Positions 43,953 to 52,909 of a stretch of DNA of 64,000 bases are shown here, piece after piece. Position 1 is the stretch's first letter. Each line of letters starts with the position of its first letter. The notes under the pieces were generated by a model. That model was not told the DNA's origin and did no database searches. It was given only the letters and a program-made list of their open reading frames with translations. The stretch comes from Nitrososphaerales archaeon (lineage in GTDB: Archaea; Thermoproteota; Nitrososphaeria; Nitrososphaerales; Gagatemarchaeaceae), in assembly GCA_030039795.1 (NCBI GenBank), contig JASHUU010000051.1, positions 24,028 through 88,027 on the forward strand, written 5' to 3'. The translations under genes and the position numbers were made by a program.

Positions 43953-44310
43953 CGAGTACTTCGCGCAGCTGCAGGTCACCCTGTCTCAGGACGCGAGGTG
44001 GAGCGAAATCTCGAAGACGATAAAGACGAGCATCGCGCTCAACGCTTCAGACATCGGCCAGAACTACGTGCTGGCTGTAGAGAACGGGACCACCACCCTG
44101 CAAAAGGTCCAGCCAGGCGCAGCCGCGGAGTTCTCGCTCGACGGACCGTATGACTCGTGGTGCAAGGTAGTGAAGGGCGAGACCGACCTTCAGGCCGCGG
44201 TCCTGAAGGGGCAGCTGAAGTTCAGGGGCTCGATAACGAAGATACTCGTCTACAGGGACAGGTTCAGCAGGCTCGCAGAGGTCATGAGAGCCATGCCCGT
44301 CGAGTTCTAG
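43933..44310 (+). CDS. SCP2 sterol-carrier-like domain protein
   Basis: A 125-aa ORF containing GETDLQAAVLKGQLKFRGSITKIL, which is typical of SCP2. Confidence 0.7.
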   Translation: MVKFMSDEYFAQLQVTLSQDARWSEISKTIKTSIALNASDIGQNYVLAVENGTTTLQKVQPGAAAEFSLDGPYDSWCKVVKGETDLQAAVLKGQLKFRGSITKILVYRDRFSRLAEVMRAMPVEF

Positions 44311-44738
44311 GCGGCGACGAAGACGTAGTATGGACTTCCTTCCTTGCTCGACCTCGCCTCGACCCTGAGCTTCATCCCGGGCTTTGCCTCCTCTAGCTTC
44401 GTCCCCTCGAGCCATGCGAGGACCTTGGTCCCTCCAGGGAACTCCCCTATCGCGATGATGTACGGGTCGCTGTCCACGAAGCTCGCAGGGGTTATCTGAA
44501 CGTAGGTGAACGTGACGAGGGTCGCCTCCCTGCCCAGTTCCGTCCAGGTGAACTCAGACGCCATGCAGTTCGGGCAGTCCGCCTGAGGCGGGAAGGTCAC
44601 CTTGCCGCATCGCGCGCACTTGGTCGTCACGAACCTGCCCTCCTTCAGCGCAGCCCAGAACTCCTGGGTCTTGGATATGGGTATGTCGAACCTGAGCGTC
44701 AGGGAGCGCCGAGAGTGGAGGACCGGCTGGTCGGGCAT
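44307..44738 (-). CDS. DUF35 OB-fold/zinc-ribbon protein (thiolase partner)
   Basis: CARCGKVTFPPQADCPNCMA is followed by an OB-fold. The ORF starts 2 nt after the thiolase stop. Confidence 0.85.
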   Translation of the reverse strand: MPDQPVLHSRRSLTLRFDIPISKTQEFWAALKEGRFVTTKCARCGKVTFPPQADCPNCMASEFTWTELGREATLVTFTYVQITPASFVDSDPYIIAIGEFPGGTKVLAWLEGTKLEEAKPGMKLRVEARSSKEGSPYYVFVAA

Positions 44739-44739
44739 C

Positions 44740-45900
44740 TTAGCCCCTCGACAGGATGGTGACGTAGGCGTAATGGCCCGTTCCGCCGACGTTGTGGACG
44801 AGGCCCACCCCGTGCCTGATAGGGGCCTGCCTCGCCCCCGCCTCGCCCCTGAGCTGCTTGGTGATTTCTACGGCCATCGACACCCCGGTCGCGCCGATGG
44901 GGTGGCCCTTGGCCTTCAGGCCCCCGTCCAGGTTCACGGGTATCCTCCCTCCGACCTCCGTCTGGCCCTCCCGGACCAGCTTGGCGCCCTCTCCCTTCTT
45001 GCAGAACCCTAGGTCTTCGTACGCCATGAGCTCGGCTATGGTGAAACAGTCGTGACAGTCCGCTACGTCTATCATCTCGGGCGAGACCTTCGCCATTGCG
45101 TAGGCTCGCCGGCCGGCCTCTACTGAAGCGGCCAGGCCCACATAGTCGCCCCTCCTGCTGAGGTTCGCGGAGTCCGACGAGTAGCCGACGCCCCTGATCC
45201 ATATCGGAGTGTCCGTAAGCTTCTTCGCGGCCTCCTCGGAAGCGAGTATGACCGCCGCCGACCCGTCGGTGAGGGGGCACGCGTCGTAGAGCTTCAGGGG
45301 CCACGAGACGACCTGGGACCCCATCGCCTTCTCGATGGTTATCTCCTTCTGGAACTGCGCGAGAGGGTTCATGGAACCGTAGTGGTGCGCCTTGACTGCC
45401 ACCCTGGCCATGTCCTCCTCTGTGGTCCCGAACCTGTTCATGTGGGCCACGGCGTAGAGCGCGTAGTAGGCGGGGAACGTCATCCCATAGTTCTCGAACT
45501 CCCAGGTGTACGACCCCGCCCTCCCGATCAGCTCGACCGAGGTCAGGGTGTCCACCTCTGTCATCTTCTCCACGCCCACGGCCATGGCCACGTCGCACTC
45601 GCCGCTCAGTATGCTGCTGTACGCGGTCTTCACGGCCGCGCTCCCGCTCGCGCACGCGGCCTCCACCCTCATCGTCCCCACAGAGCTCAGGCCCGCGTAC
45701 TCGTTGACTACCACGGCCGGGAGCGACTCCTCGTACCAGCCGCCGGCCGACCCCACCACCACGTTGCCGATGTCCTTCCTGTCGACCCCGGCGTCCTCGA
45801 CCGCCTGCTTGATCGACTCGAAGGCCAGCTCCGCGACGTTGACGTCGTTCCTCCTTCCAAACTTCGAGTGCCCGATGCCCACTATCGCTACCCTGCTCAA
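44740..45900 (-). CDS. Thiolase (archaeal SCP-x-type acetyl-CoA C-acyltransferase)
   Basis: Contains VEAACASGSAAV (active-site Cys), CHDCFTIAE and GGLKAKGHPIGATG. Confidence 0.9.
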   Translation of the reverse strand: MSRVAIVGIGHSKFGRRNDVNVAELAFESIKQAVEDAGVDRKDIGNVVVGSAGGWYEESLPAVVVNEYAGLSSVGTMRVEAACASGSAAVKTAYSSILSGECDVAMAVGVEKMTEVDTLTSVELIGRAGSYTWEFENYGMTFPAYYALYAVAHMNRFGTTEEDMARVAVKAHHYGSMNPLAQFQKEITIEKAMGSQVVSWPLKLYDACPLTDGSAAVILASEEAAKKLTDTPIWIRGVGYSSDSANLSRRGDYVGLAASVEAGRRAYAMAKVSPEMIDVADCHDCFTIAELMAYEDLGFCKKGEGAKLVREGQTEVGGRIPVNLDGGLKAKGHPIGATGVSMAVEITKQLRGEAGARQAPIRHGVGLVHNVGGTGHYAYVTILSRG

Positions 45901-45910
45901 AGGCAGGGCC

Positions 45911-47071
45911 TCACTGGCCGTCCAGCAGTTCCCTGGAGAGGATCCATCTCTGGACTTCGGAAGTCCCTTCCACTATATCAAGAATCTTGGCGTCGCGCAG
46001 GTATCTTTCGAGGGGGAGCGTCTTGCTCACGCCGTAGCCGCCGTGTATCTGGATGGCCCTCTCCGCGACCCAGACGGCCGTCTCGCTGGCGAAATACTTC
46101 GCCATCGCGGCCTCCTTCATGAACTCCTGTCCGCTGTCGTGGACGGTCGCCGCGTGATAGGTCAGGAGCTTGGCCGCTTCGGTCCTCGTCGCCATGTCGG
46201 CGATCATGAACCTGATCGCCTCGTACTTCGCCAGTGGCCTGTCGAAGATGTTCCTCTTCTTCGCGTAGGAGATAGCCTGGTCGAGGGCCGCCTCGGCTAC
46301 GCCTATCGACGCCGCCGCAGCCCCTATCCTCGACTTGCTCAGGATCGTCATGGCGATGAGGAAGCCGTCCCCTGCGTGGCCTATCATCGCCGAAGCAGGG
46401 ATTCTGCAGTCCTCGAACACCAGTTCGGCCGTGGCCGTCCCTCTGGCGCCCATGACCTCGAGCCTCTGGCCCACCCTGAACCCCGGGGTCCCCTTCTCCA
46501 CGACGAACGCGGTTATGCCCGCCGCCCCGTCTTCCGGCGTCCCCGTCCTTGCGAAGAAGACGAGGAGGTCGGCGACCGCGCCTTGAGTGATGAATATCTT
46601 CGAGCCGTTGACGACGTACGAGTCCCCGTCCTTCGTCGCCCTCGTCGAGATTCCCGCGGCGTCGGAGCCGGCGCCAGGCTCTGTGAGGCCGTACGAGCAG
46701 ATGATCTCGCCCTTGACCAGCCTGGGCAGGAACCTGGACTTCTGCTCGTCCGACCCGAAGAGCGCCAGGACGCTCCCTGCGAGGCCGTTCTGGACCCCCA
46801 TTATGAAGCCCGCCGAGAGGCTGGCCTTTGTCAGCTCCTCGCCCACTATGACCGCGCCCGTCATGTCGAGTCCTAGGCCTCCGTACTCCTGGGGTATCGT
46901 TATGCCGAGGAGGCCGTACTCGCCCATCTTTCTGGCTAGCTCGAGCGGATACTCGTCGCTCCGGTCTATCTTCTCAGCTAGAGGAAGGACCTCGCGCGTC
47001 GCGAAGTCCCGTGCCCACTTCTGTATCTCAGCGTACTCCGGCTTGACGCGGACCTCTGGGAAGCCGCTCAA
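45911..47071 (-). CDS. Acyl-CoA dehydrogenase
   Basis: Contains YGLTEPGAGSDA, QIHGGYGV and ILDIVEGTSEVQR. Confidence 0.9.
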   Translation of the reverse strand: MSGFPEVRVKPEYAEIQKWARDFATREVLPLAEKIDRSDEYPLELARKMGEYGLLGITIPQEYGGLGLDMTGAVIVGEELTKASLSAGFIMGVQNGLAGSVLALFGSDEQKSRFLPRLVKGEIICSYGLTEPGAGSDAAGISTRATKDGDSYVVNGSKIFITQGAVADLLVFFARTGTPEDGAAGITAFVVEKGTPGFRVGQRLEVMGARGTATAELVFEDCRIPASAMIGHAGDGFLIAMTILSKSRIGAAAASIGVAEAALDQAISYAKKRNIFDRPLAKYEAIRFMIADMATRTEAAKLLTYHAATVHDSGQEFMKEAAMAKYFASETAVWVAERAIQIHGGYGVSKTLPLERYLRDAKILDIVEGTSEVQRWILSRELLDGQ

Positions 47072-47077
47072 CGTTCC

Positions 47078-49066
47078 TTAGTTCCCCTTGAACTCGGGGT
47101 CTCTCTTCTCGATCAGCGCCGAGATCCCCTCGCTGGCGTCCTCGGTCGCCAGGAGGTAGCCGAAGCCCATGGCCTCGAAGAGCTGCCCTAGGTCCGTCGG
47201 CACCTGCTGCGACAGGTTGAGCGCCTGCTTGGCGAACTTCAGGGACAGAGGCGGCTGCTTCGCAAGCTTCGAGGCGAAGTCTGTCACTCCCTGCTCGAAC
47301 TTCGACTTCGCGAACACCTTGTTCACCAGCCCGGCCTGGAGCGCTTCGTTGGCCGTGAGCCGCTGCGCGAGGAAGACCATCTCCTTGGCCTTCGCGAGGC
47401 CCACGAGCCTGGCCAGCCTCTGCGTGCCTCCCGCGCCTGGCATGAGCCCCAGGTGGGTCTCGGTGAGACCTATCTGCGCGTCGTCGGAGGCGAGCCGAAA
47501 GTCGCATGCTAGGGCCAGCTCGCATCCGCCGCCGAGGGCGAGGCCGTTGATGGCCGCAACCACAGGCTTGCTCATCTTCTCGACGAACGAGAACGACTCG
47601 TGCCATTCCCTCGCGAGGTCGAAGACCTTTGCGGGAGACGAGGCTCCGAAGGCCGTGATGTCGGCCCCGGACGTGAACGCCCGCTCTCCCTGTCCCCTTA
47701 TGACGACGACCCTGATGGACTCGTCGGTGTCGAGGGCCTTCAACGCAGCTGAGAGCTCCTGCACCATCTGCCTTGTCAAGGCGTTGAGCCTGTGAGGCCT
47801 GTCGAGGTAGACCCACGCCAAGGGCGGCGACCTCTTGACCGCCACCTCCTCCATCTTCGCCTCCCCAGCCGTGTAGTCGTAGAACCCCTTCCCCGCCCTC
47901 TCTCCGACGCTGCCGCTCGCGACCATCTGCAGAAGCATCGGGTCGGGCGCGTACGTCTTCCCCCCCGCGGCCTCCTTGGCCTTCAGCGCTCCCACCACCC
48001 TGTCGACCCCCCATCCGTCGGCCATCCTCAGGATGCCCTCGGGGAACCCCAGCCCGAGCTTGACGGAGCGGTCCAGGTCTTCCTGCGAGCACACGCCGTT
48101 ACTCAGCAGCCACGCGGCCGCGTTGACCGCGGGGGCGAAGATGGATACGGGGTCTACGCCGCTCCCCGCGTCCTTAGGAGTCTGTGGCCTGGTCCAGTTG
48201 CCGTCCTTGTAGGTATAGAATCCCTCGCCCGACTTCCTTCCTAGCTTCTTCTCGTCCACCATCTGCTTGAAGAGCGGGGCGACCTCCACGTTCGTGGGGT
48301 CGCGCGAGCTGACGGCGACTCCCGCCTTGTAGATGGTGTCTATGCCGCTGTAGTCCGCGAGCTCGAAGAGGCCCATGGGCAGACCTACGCCGTGGACCGC
48401 CATCGAGTCGACCGCCTCGACCGTGGTCTCGCCTCTCCCGACCGCCCACGCGGCCTCGTTGAGGAGGGGCCCGAGGACTCTGTTGACTATGAACCCCGGC
48501 ACGTCCTTGTTGCACACGACGACCTCCTTCCCGAACCTCTTGCCCATCGCCACGGCGAAGGACAGCGTCTCGTCGCTGGTGCCCTGGCCGCGCACCACTT
48601 CGAGCAGGGGCATCATAGGCGGAGGATTGAAGAAGTGCATGCCGACGAAGAGGCCCGGCCGCTCCACCGCTGCCGCTATCTCGGAGATGGGAAGAGTACT
48701 CGTGTTGGAAGCGTACACCGCTTCAGGCGCCGCGAGGCGGTCGACCTTCGCGAACAGTCCCTTTTTGATGTCGAGGTCCTCCGGCGCCGCCTCGATCACC
48801 AGGTCGGCCTCCCTCAAGGCCTCCTTCAGGTCGGTGGTCCCCCTTATCCTGTCCAGCGTTTCGTCGGCCTTCTCCTGGGCGATGACCTTGTTCTCGACGA
48901 ACTTCGCCACGCTCCACTTTATCTTGTCCAGGCCCGAGTCGACGAACTCCTCCTTGACGTCGTAGACGTTCACGTCGCATCCTGAAAGCGCGGCGACCTC
49001 GGCTATCCCGTGCCCCATCACGCCGGCCCCCAGTACCGCGACCGTCCGGACGGACTCGGCATCCAT
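47078..49066 (-). CDS. Fused 3-hydroxyacyl-CoA dehydrogenase (N-terminal) / enoyl-CoA hydratase (C-terminal)
   Basis: The N-terminal part carries VAVLGAGVMGHGIA. The C-terminal crotonase motifs are FTSGADI and AAINGLALGGGCELALACD. Confidence 0.9.
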   Translation of the reverse strand: MDAESVRTVAVLGAGVMGHGIAEVAALSGCDVNVYDVKEEFVDSGLDKIKWSVAKFVENKVIAQEKADETLDRIRGTTDLKEALREADLVIEAAPEDLDIKKGLFAKVDRLAAPEAVYASNTSTLPISEIAAAVERPGLFVGMHFFNPPPMMPLLEVVRGQGTSDETLSFAVAMGKRFGKEVVVCNKDVPGFIVNRVLGPLLNEAAWAVGRGETTVEAVDSMAVHGVGLPMGLFELADYSGIDTIYKAGVAVSSRDPTNVEVAPLFKQMVDEKKLGRKSGEGFYTYKDGNWTRPQTPKDAGSGVDPVSIFAPAVNAAAWLLSNGVCSQEDLDRSVKLGLGFPEGILRMADGWGVDRVVGALKAKEAAGGKTYAPDPMLLQMVASGSVGERAGKGFYDYTAGEAKMEEVAVKRSPPLAWVYLDRPHRLNALTRQMVQELSAALKALDTDESIRVVVIRGQGERAFTSGADITAFGASSPAKVFDLAREWHESFSFVEKMSKPVVAAINGLALGGGCELALACDFRLASDDAQIGLTETHLGLMPGAGGTQRLARLVGLAKAKEMVFLAQRLTANEALQAGLVNKVFAKSKFEQGVTDFASKLAKQPPLSLKFAKQALNLSQQVPTDLGQLFEAMGFGYLLATEDASEGISALIEKRDPEFKGN

Positions 49067-49104
49067 TCAGGGGTCCGCTGACCGGCGCCGTTATATTGTT
49101 AGTC

Positions 49105-50250
49105 CTACTGAATCGCTTTCGCCTTGAAGAGGGCCGTGATGTCCGCCTTGGAGTAGCCGAGCCTCCGCAGGATGCGGGAGGTGTCCTGGCCCAGTTCGGG
49201 CGCCCGGGTGAAGGGGCGGCCCCTTGAAGGGGGCTTGGAGCGCAGAGGGGTGTTGATCACCCTGTCCCCTCCCTTGACCTTCACGATCGCTCGCCCTGCC
49301 CTCGCCCAGTCGCTCTCCATCGCCTCGCGTATGTCCAGCACTGGAGTCGCGCACGTCTCTCTTCCCATCAGGGCCTCGGCCCACTGGTCCCGGGTCTTGG
49401 TGGCGAAGGCCCGCTCGAGAGCCTCGCGGACCTCGCCCCGCTCCTCGTCCGTCCCCAACCTCTTGGGCTCGAGCTCCGCCAGCATCAGTTCGTCGAGCAG
49501 GTTGCGCCAGAACTCCCCCTCGACCGCCGCGACCGCGACGCGCTTGCCGTCTGAAGTCCCGTAGAGCCTGTAGAACGGCGTGGACCCCAGGACCAGGCTC
49601 GACCCGGGGGCCGGTGCGTCTCCGGTCGCCAGGTACGCCGCGGCCGGGATCAGCATCCAGGAGAGGAGGGACGCGACCATAGGGACGTCGATGTACACCG
49701 GCCCCCTCCTCTTCACGAGCGCCCCGAGAATCCCGAGCGCGGCGTACATGCCGGATGCGATGTCGCTGAGCTGCAGCAGGGGAGCCTCGGGCCGAGGAGC
49801 GTAGCCGAGAGTGCCCGCCATCGCCTGGAAGTTGATGTCGTGCCCGGGCATGGAGCTCAGCGGGCTCCCCTGGCCGAACCCTGAGATGGAGCAATAGACG
49901 ATCCTGCGGTTGACCTTGCGCGCCGCTTCGAAGGAGAATCCCAGCCTGGCCATGGCGCCCGGACGGAAGCCCTCGACGAAGACGTCCGAGCCCTTGAGCA
50001 GCCTTCGCATCACCTCCTTCCCCTCGCGAGACTTCAGGTCCACCCCGATGCTCAGCTTGTTCCTGTTGACCGAGGCGTGAGCCGGGCTCCTGCCCTCCTT
50101 CGTCGGGGGCGTCGAGCGCATGTAGTCACCCGTGCCTGGCTGCTCGACCTTGATGACCTCGGCTCCCATGTCCGAAAGGAGCATCGTGCAGAACCCTCCT
50201 GGGAGGAGCCTCGTCGCGTCGAGCACCCTGACCCCGTCGAGGAAGCCCAC
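49105..50250 (-). CDS. Family III CoA-transferase (CaiB/BaiF / alpha-methylacyl-CoA racemase-like)
   Basis: Contains LDGVRVLDATRLLPGGFCTMLLSDMGAEVIKVE and DVFVEGFRPG. Confidence 0.85.
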   Translation of the reverse strand: MGFLDGVRVLDATRLLPGGFCTMLLSDMGAEVIKVEQPGTGDYMRSTPPTKEGRSPAHASVNRNKLSIGVDLKSREGKEVMRRLLKGSDVFVEGFRPGAMARLGFSFEAARKVNRRIVYCSISGFGQGSPLSSMPGHDINFQAMAGTLGYAPRPEAPLLQLSDIASGMYAALGILGALVKRRGPVYIDVPMVASLLSWMLIPAAAYLATGDAPAPGSSLVLGSTPFYRLYGTSDGKRVAVAAVEGEFWRNLLDELMLAELEPKRLGTDEERGEVREALERAFATKTRDQWAEALMGRETCATPVLDIREAMESDWARAGRAIVKVKGGDRVINTPLRSKPPSRGRPFTRAPELGQDTSRILRRLGYSKADITALFKAKAIQ

Positions 50251-50264
50251 GCTCAGACTCCCAG

Positions 50265-50585
50265 GTGGCGCAGATAAAGCCTAAAGCCGCCGGCCGCGGG
50301 TTCCGACAGACGCTCCCCGTCATAAGAGGAGAGGACCTCCTGTGCCCGTACTGCAGGCCTGAGCAGCAGGTCCGTCTGGTGAAGGACCCCGGCGAACTCG
50401 AGAGCATAGTGCGCGACGTCAGCAGGAAGTTCAACGTGCGGCCCCGCGCGAACTACCAGCTCGCCGGGCTGTGCGACGGGTGCTCGACCGTCTGGCTCGC
50501 GGAGGAGGTCGACCCGAAGACAAACGAAGGCAAGCCCTACGCGTGGGACAGGTTCTCTCCCTCTGGCCCGAGGTTCAAGAAGTGA
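50265..50585 (+). CDS. Hypothetical Cys-pair protein (CPYC...CDGC)
   Basis: A 106-aa ORF with a GTG start only 14 nt from the divergent CoA-transferase start. No family was recognised. Confidence 0.3.
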   Translation: MAQIKPKAAGRGFRQTLPVIRGEDLLCPYCRPEQQVRLVKDPGELESIVRDVSRKFNVRPRANYQLAGLCDGCSTVWLAEEVDPKTNEGKPYAWDRFSPSGPRFKK

Positions 50586-50874
50586 GCCAGCGCAAGGTTG
50601 ACGGTCTTGGTTCTGACGGTCCTCGGGCCACTTCCCTTCCGATGCGAGGTCCCGTTGTCTCCGACGGGTTGTGTCGACTATCTATACGCTAACACTCCGG
50701 CTGGCAGAAGCGCGGGCACGCTGACCGCGCTCCACTCGTGTTTTTGGTCAGACTGGGACGGCGTTCTCCTCATTCTTGTTTGGAATTGTCGCGAGGTCAT
50801 CATCCCGAACCGCCTTCGTTTGTTCTCGCGTTTAAGCCTCACTACATCCCGAATCCACAGGCTCCCCTCATGAC

Positions 50875-51174
50875 TCACTTGAGCGTCGTCCAAGCTGACG
50901 GAACGACAGGGCGCCCGAAACGGCATCCCATTGGGTCTGGATATCGCCCTCCCACCGCTATGGTGTAGTTGACCGAGACCGCTATGCCATCGCCGAAGCC
51001 AAGGAAAGCGCAACTAGGCGACTCGTATGTGACAAGAACGGCTGAGTGGCATCCATTCAGGAGGTTACAGAAAGTAAACTCTTTGGGAGAGTAAACCACA
51101 GGAGCAAGAGTGAGGGCGGCTGCCCCGAGTGCCGCGAGAACCAGAACGACGCCGGTGACAACCTTCCTTCTCAT
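50875..51174 (-). CDS. Small secreted Cys-containing protein (lower-G+C island)
   Basis: MRRKVVTGVVLVLAALGAAALTLAP is signal-like. SPSCAFLGFGDG is faintly similar to SPSFYFLGCGG in ORF 30881..31297. Confidence 0.4.
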   Translation of the reverse strand: MRRKVVTGVVLVLAALGAAALTLAPVVYSPKEFTFCNLLNGCHSAVLVTYESPSCAFLGFGDGIAVSVNYTIAVGGRYPDPMGCRFGRPVVPSAWTTLK

Positions 51175-51207
51175 GAAGAGTCGCCAACACCCCGCGTTAC
51201 TCACCCA

Positions 51208-51789
51208 TTAGGACGAAGCGTTGACCAGACCGATCCCGTAGAATCCATCGAGTTGGGAAAGAAAGACGACTCCGCACCTGAAGGACCCGCCATAGTATTG
51301 TGTCAGTGTGGACTCCTCGGCAGTAACTTTGGAACCAACCACTAGTGGGAAGCCGGGACATATGCCTGGGACCCACCATGAATAGGCACCTGTCGAGTTC
51401 ACGGACGTGGCAATCTGATACTCTACGGTCTCGTAGCCCTGAGTGACGGTGGCCGAGTACGGAGTGATGACGGCCTTCCAAACGGGAGCGCTGCTAGACG
51501 TGCCTTCACCAAAAGTAGGTAGAGACTGCCGCCGCTCCAGAAGTCCTGTTGGTACTGTTGGACGTAGGATGTGGGCCCATAGGTCACACAAACGAAACCT
51601 GTTGAATTAGAAGGGAATCAGCATCACAGCACCCGACTGAGGGTTCGAAGAGATTGGATGACCACAGGTGGGATTCACGCCGACTGTCAGAGTAGTCGTC
51701 TGCCTGTTGGTAACACCGCCAAGATAACCGGCGCCCAGACTGCATGCGACCAAGACTCCCAGCACCACTGCAGGGACTTCGTTCCTCAA
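51208..51789 (-). pseudogene. Secreted-protein reading frame (194 codons) interrupted by one in-frame TAA at 51607-51609
   Basis: Track ORFs 51607..51789 (signal-like VVLGVLVACSLGAG) and 51208..51591 share the same frame. They are separated only by a TAA and 5 sense codons. A/T-rich codon usage. Confidence 0.35.
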
Positions 51790-51915
51790 CCAAGGGGTGC
51801 TTGGCTAAAACTGGACACATGCCTACTCGGGAGCCAACGGCTTCACTCCCACTTCTGACCGGCGAGTCCGCGGAGCGCTTTTCTACAGGACTCGACCACG
51901 CGCGAGTCGAGACTA

Positions 51916-52404
51916 GTGAGCAGCAGAGCCAAGAAAACACCACGAGAGAGAAAGGAGGCGGAGTTCGTTTACTTTGAAGACAGAGGAAGTGTTTACGATG
52001 CTCCCATGGATGTCCTCTGGGACTTCATCCGGAATGACCGTGAGTTCCATCCCAAAGCCCATCAGAAGAGCCTCCGCGGCATGAAGTGGAAAGCCCTCAA
52101 CGAGATCACTGGGGAAGGCACTTGCGAGGTCATGAGAGCAGGGAAGTGGACCAAGATGCGATTTCGGATAACCACAATCTCTCCGTTCGTACGGATCGTT
52201 GAAGAATTTGGTGGGCGCTACGATGGACAAAAGATGGTATTCCTGTACACGGCGAAAGGAAAGCAGACGGCGACCGACGTCTTCGTCCTGACTCCGAAGG
52301 AGGTCGCAGAAGAAACTCGACGAACCCTGGCACAAGCATTCGAAGAAGACGAGCCCTCGCTTCGCGAGTTCTTGCGTAGTCGCGAAGGGCGAACGCCAAC
52401 ATAG
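51916..52404 (+). CDS. Hypothetical protein, possibly SRPBCC/START-like
   Basis: A 162-aa ORF with a GTG start. The VYDAPMDVLWDFIRND pattern is reminiscent of SRPBCC N-termini, but the resemblance is weak. Confidence 0.4.
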   Translation: MSSRAKKTPRERKEAEFVYFEDRGSVYDAPMDVLWDFIRNDREFHPKAHQKSLRGMKWKALNEITGEGTCEVMRAGKWTKMRFRITTISPFVRIVEEFGGRYDGQKMVFLYTAKGKQTATDVFVLTPKEVAEETRRTLAQAFEEDEPSLREFLRSREGRTPT

Positions 52405-52534
52405 CCAACCACCCTTTTCGTTTGAAGCAGACAAGCCGCCTCGGTCAGAGCCTGGAGCAAGACCTTCAGGACAAGTAGCTCTACGATGAGCAGAGCCGAA
52501 GACCAAGATAAGTATCGGTCAGACGGAGCTGTCG

Positions 52535-52720
52535 TTGTTGGCGAAGTCAGTGAAGGTCCACGATGACACCCACAGGGCGCTGAAGGAGCTGAAGGCCGAG
52601 AGGAGGAGCAAGAGCGTGGACGAGGTGATCAGGGAGATGATCAAGACGTCCACCGGACGGCCTGTCGAGAAGGCTTCGCCCGAGGAGTCCGACAAGCTCA
52701 CGTCCTACACCGGCGGCTGA
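52535..52720 (+). CDS. Ribbon-helix-helix / VapB-like antitoxin-type small protein
   Basis: KSVKVHDDTHRALKELKAERRSKSVDEVIREMI resembles archaeal antitoxin-like proteins (KTI.V.D..Y..L...K...ESFSDVI). No toxin gene is adjacent. Confidence 0.4.
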   Translation: MLAKSVKVHDDTHRALKELKAERRSKSVDEVIREMIKTSTGRPVEKASPEESDKLTSYTGG

Positions 52721-52762
52721 GTCGGCAACGCAGAAATAGTGAACCGGCCGGGACGGGCGACG

Positions 52763-52909
52763 ATGGCGAAGTTCGACGGGATAGTAGGAAAGGCGCTGCT
52801 GACCGTGGAGGAGAAGGAGGACGAGCTCACGCTTGTCTTCGCGGACAACAGATACCTCTTCGTGAAGCTCGAAGGCGGCAAGCTGAAGAGCGAAAGCGTG
52901 CCCGAGTAG
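52763..52909 (+). CDS. Small (48 aa) ORF below the track cutoff
   Basis: Hand translation gives MAKFDGIVGKALLTVEEKEDELTLVFADNRYLFVKLEGGKLKSESVPE*. Confidence 0.25.
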   Translation: MAKFDGIVGKALLTVEEKEDELTLVFADNRYLFVKLEGGKLKSESVPE

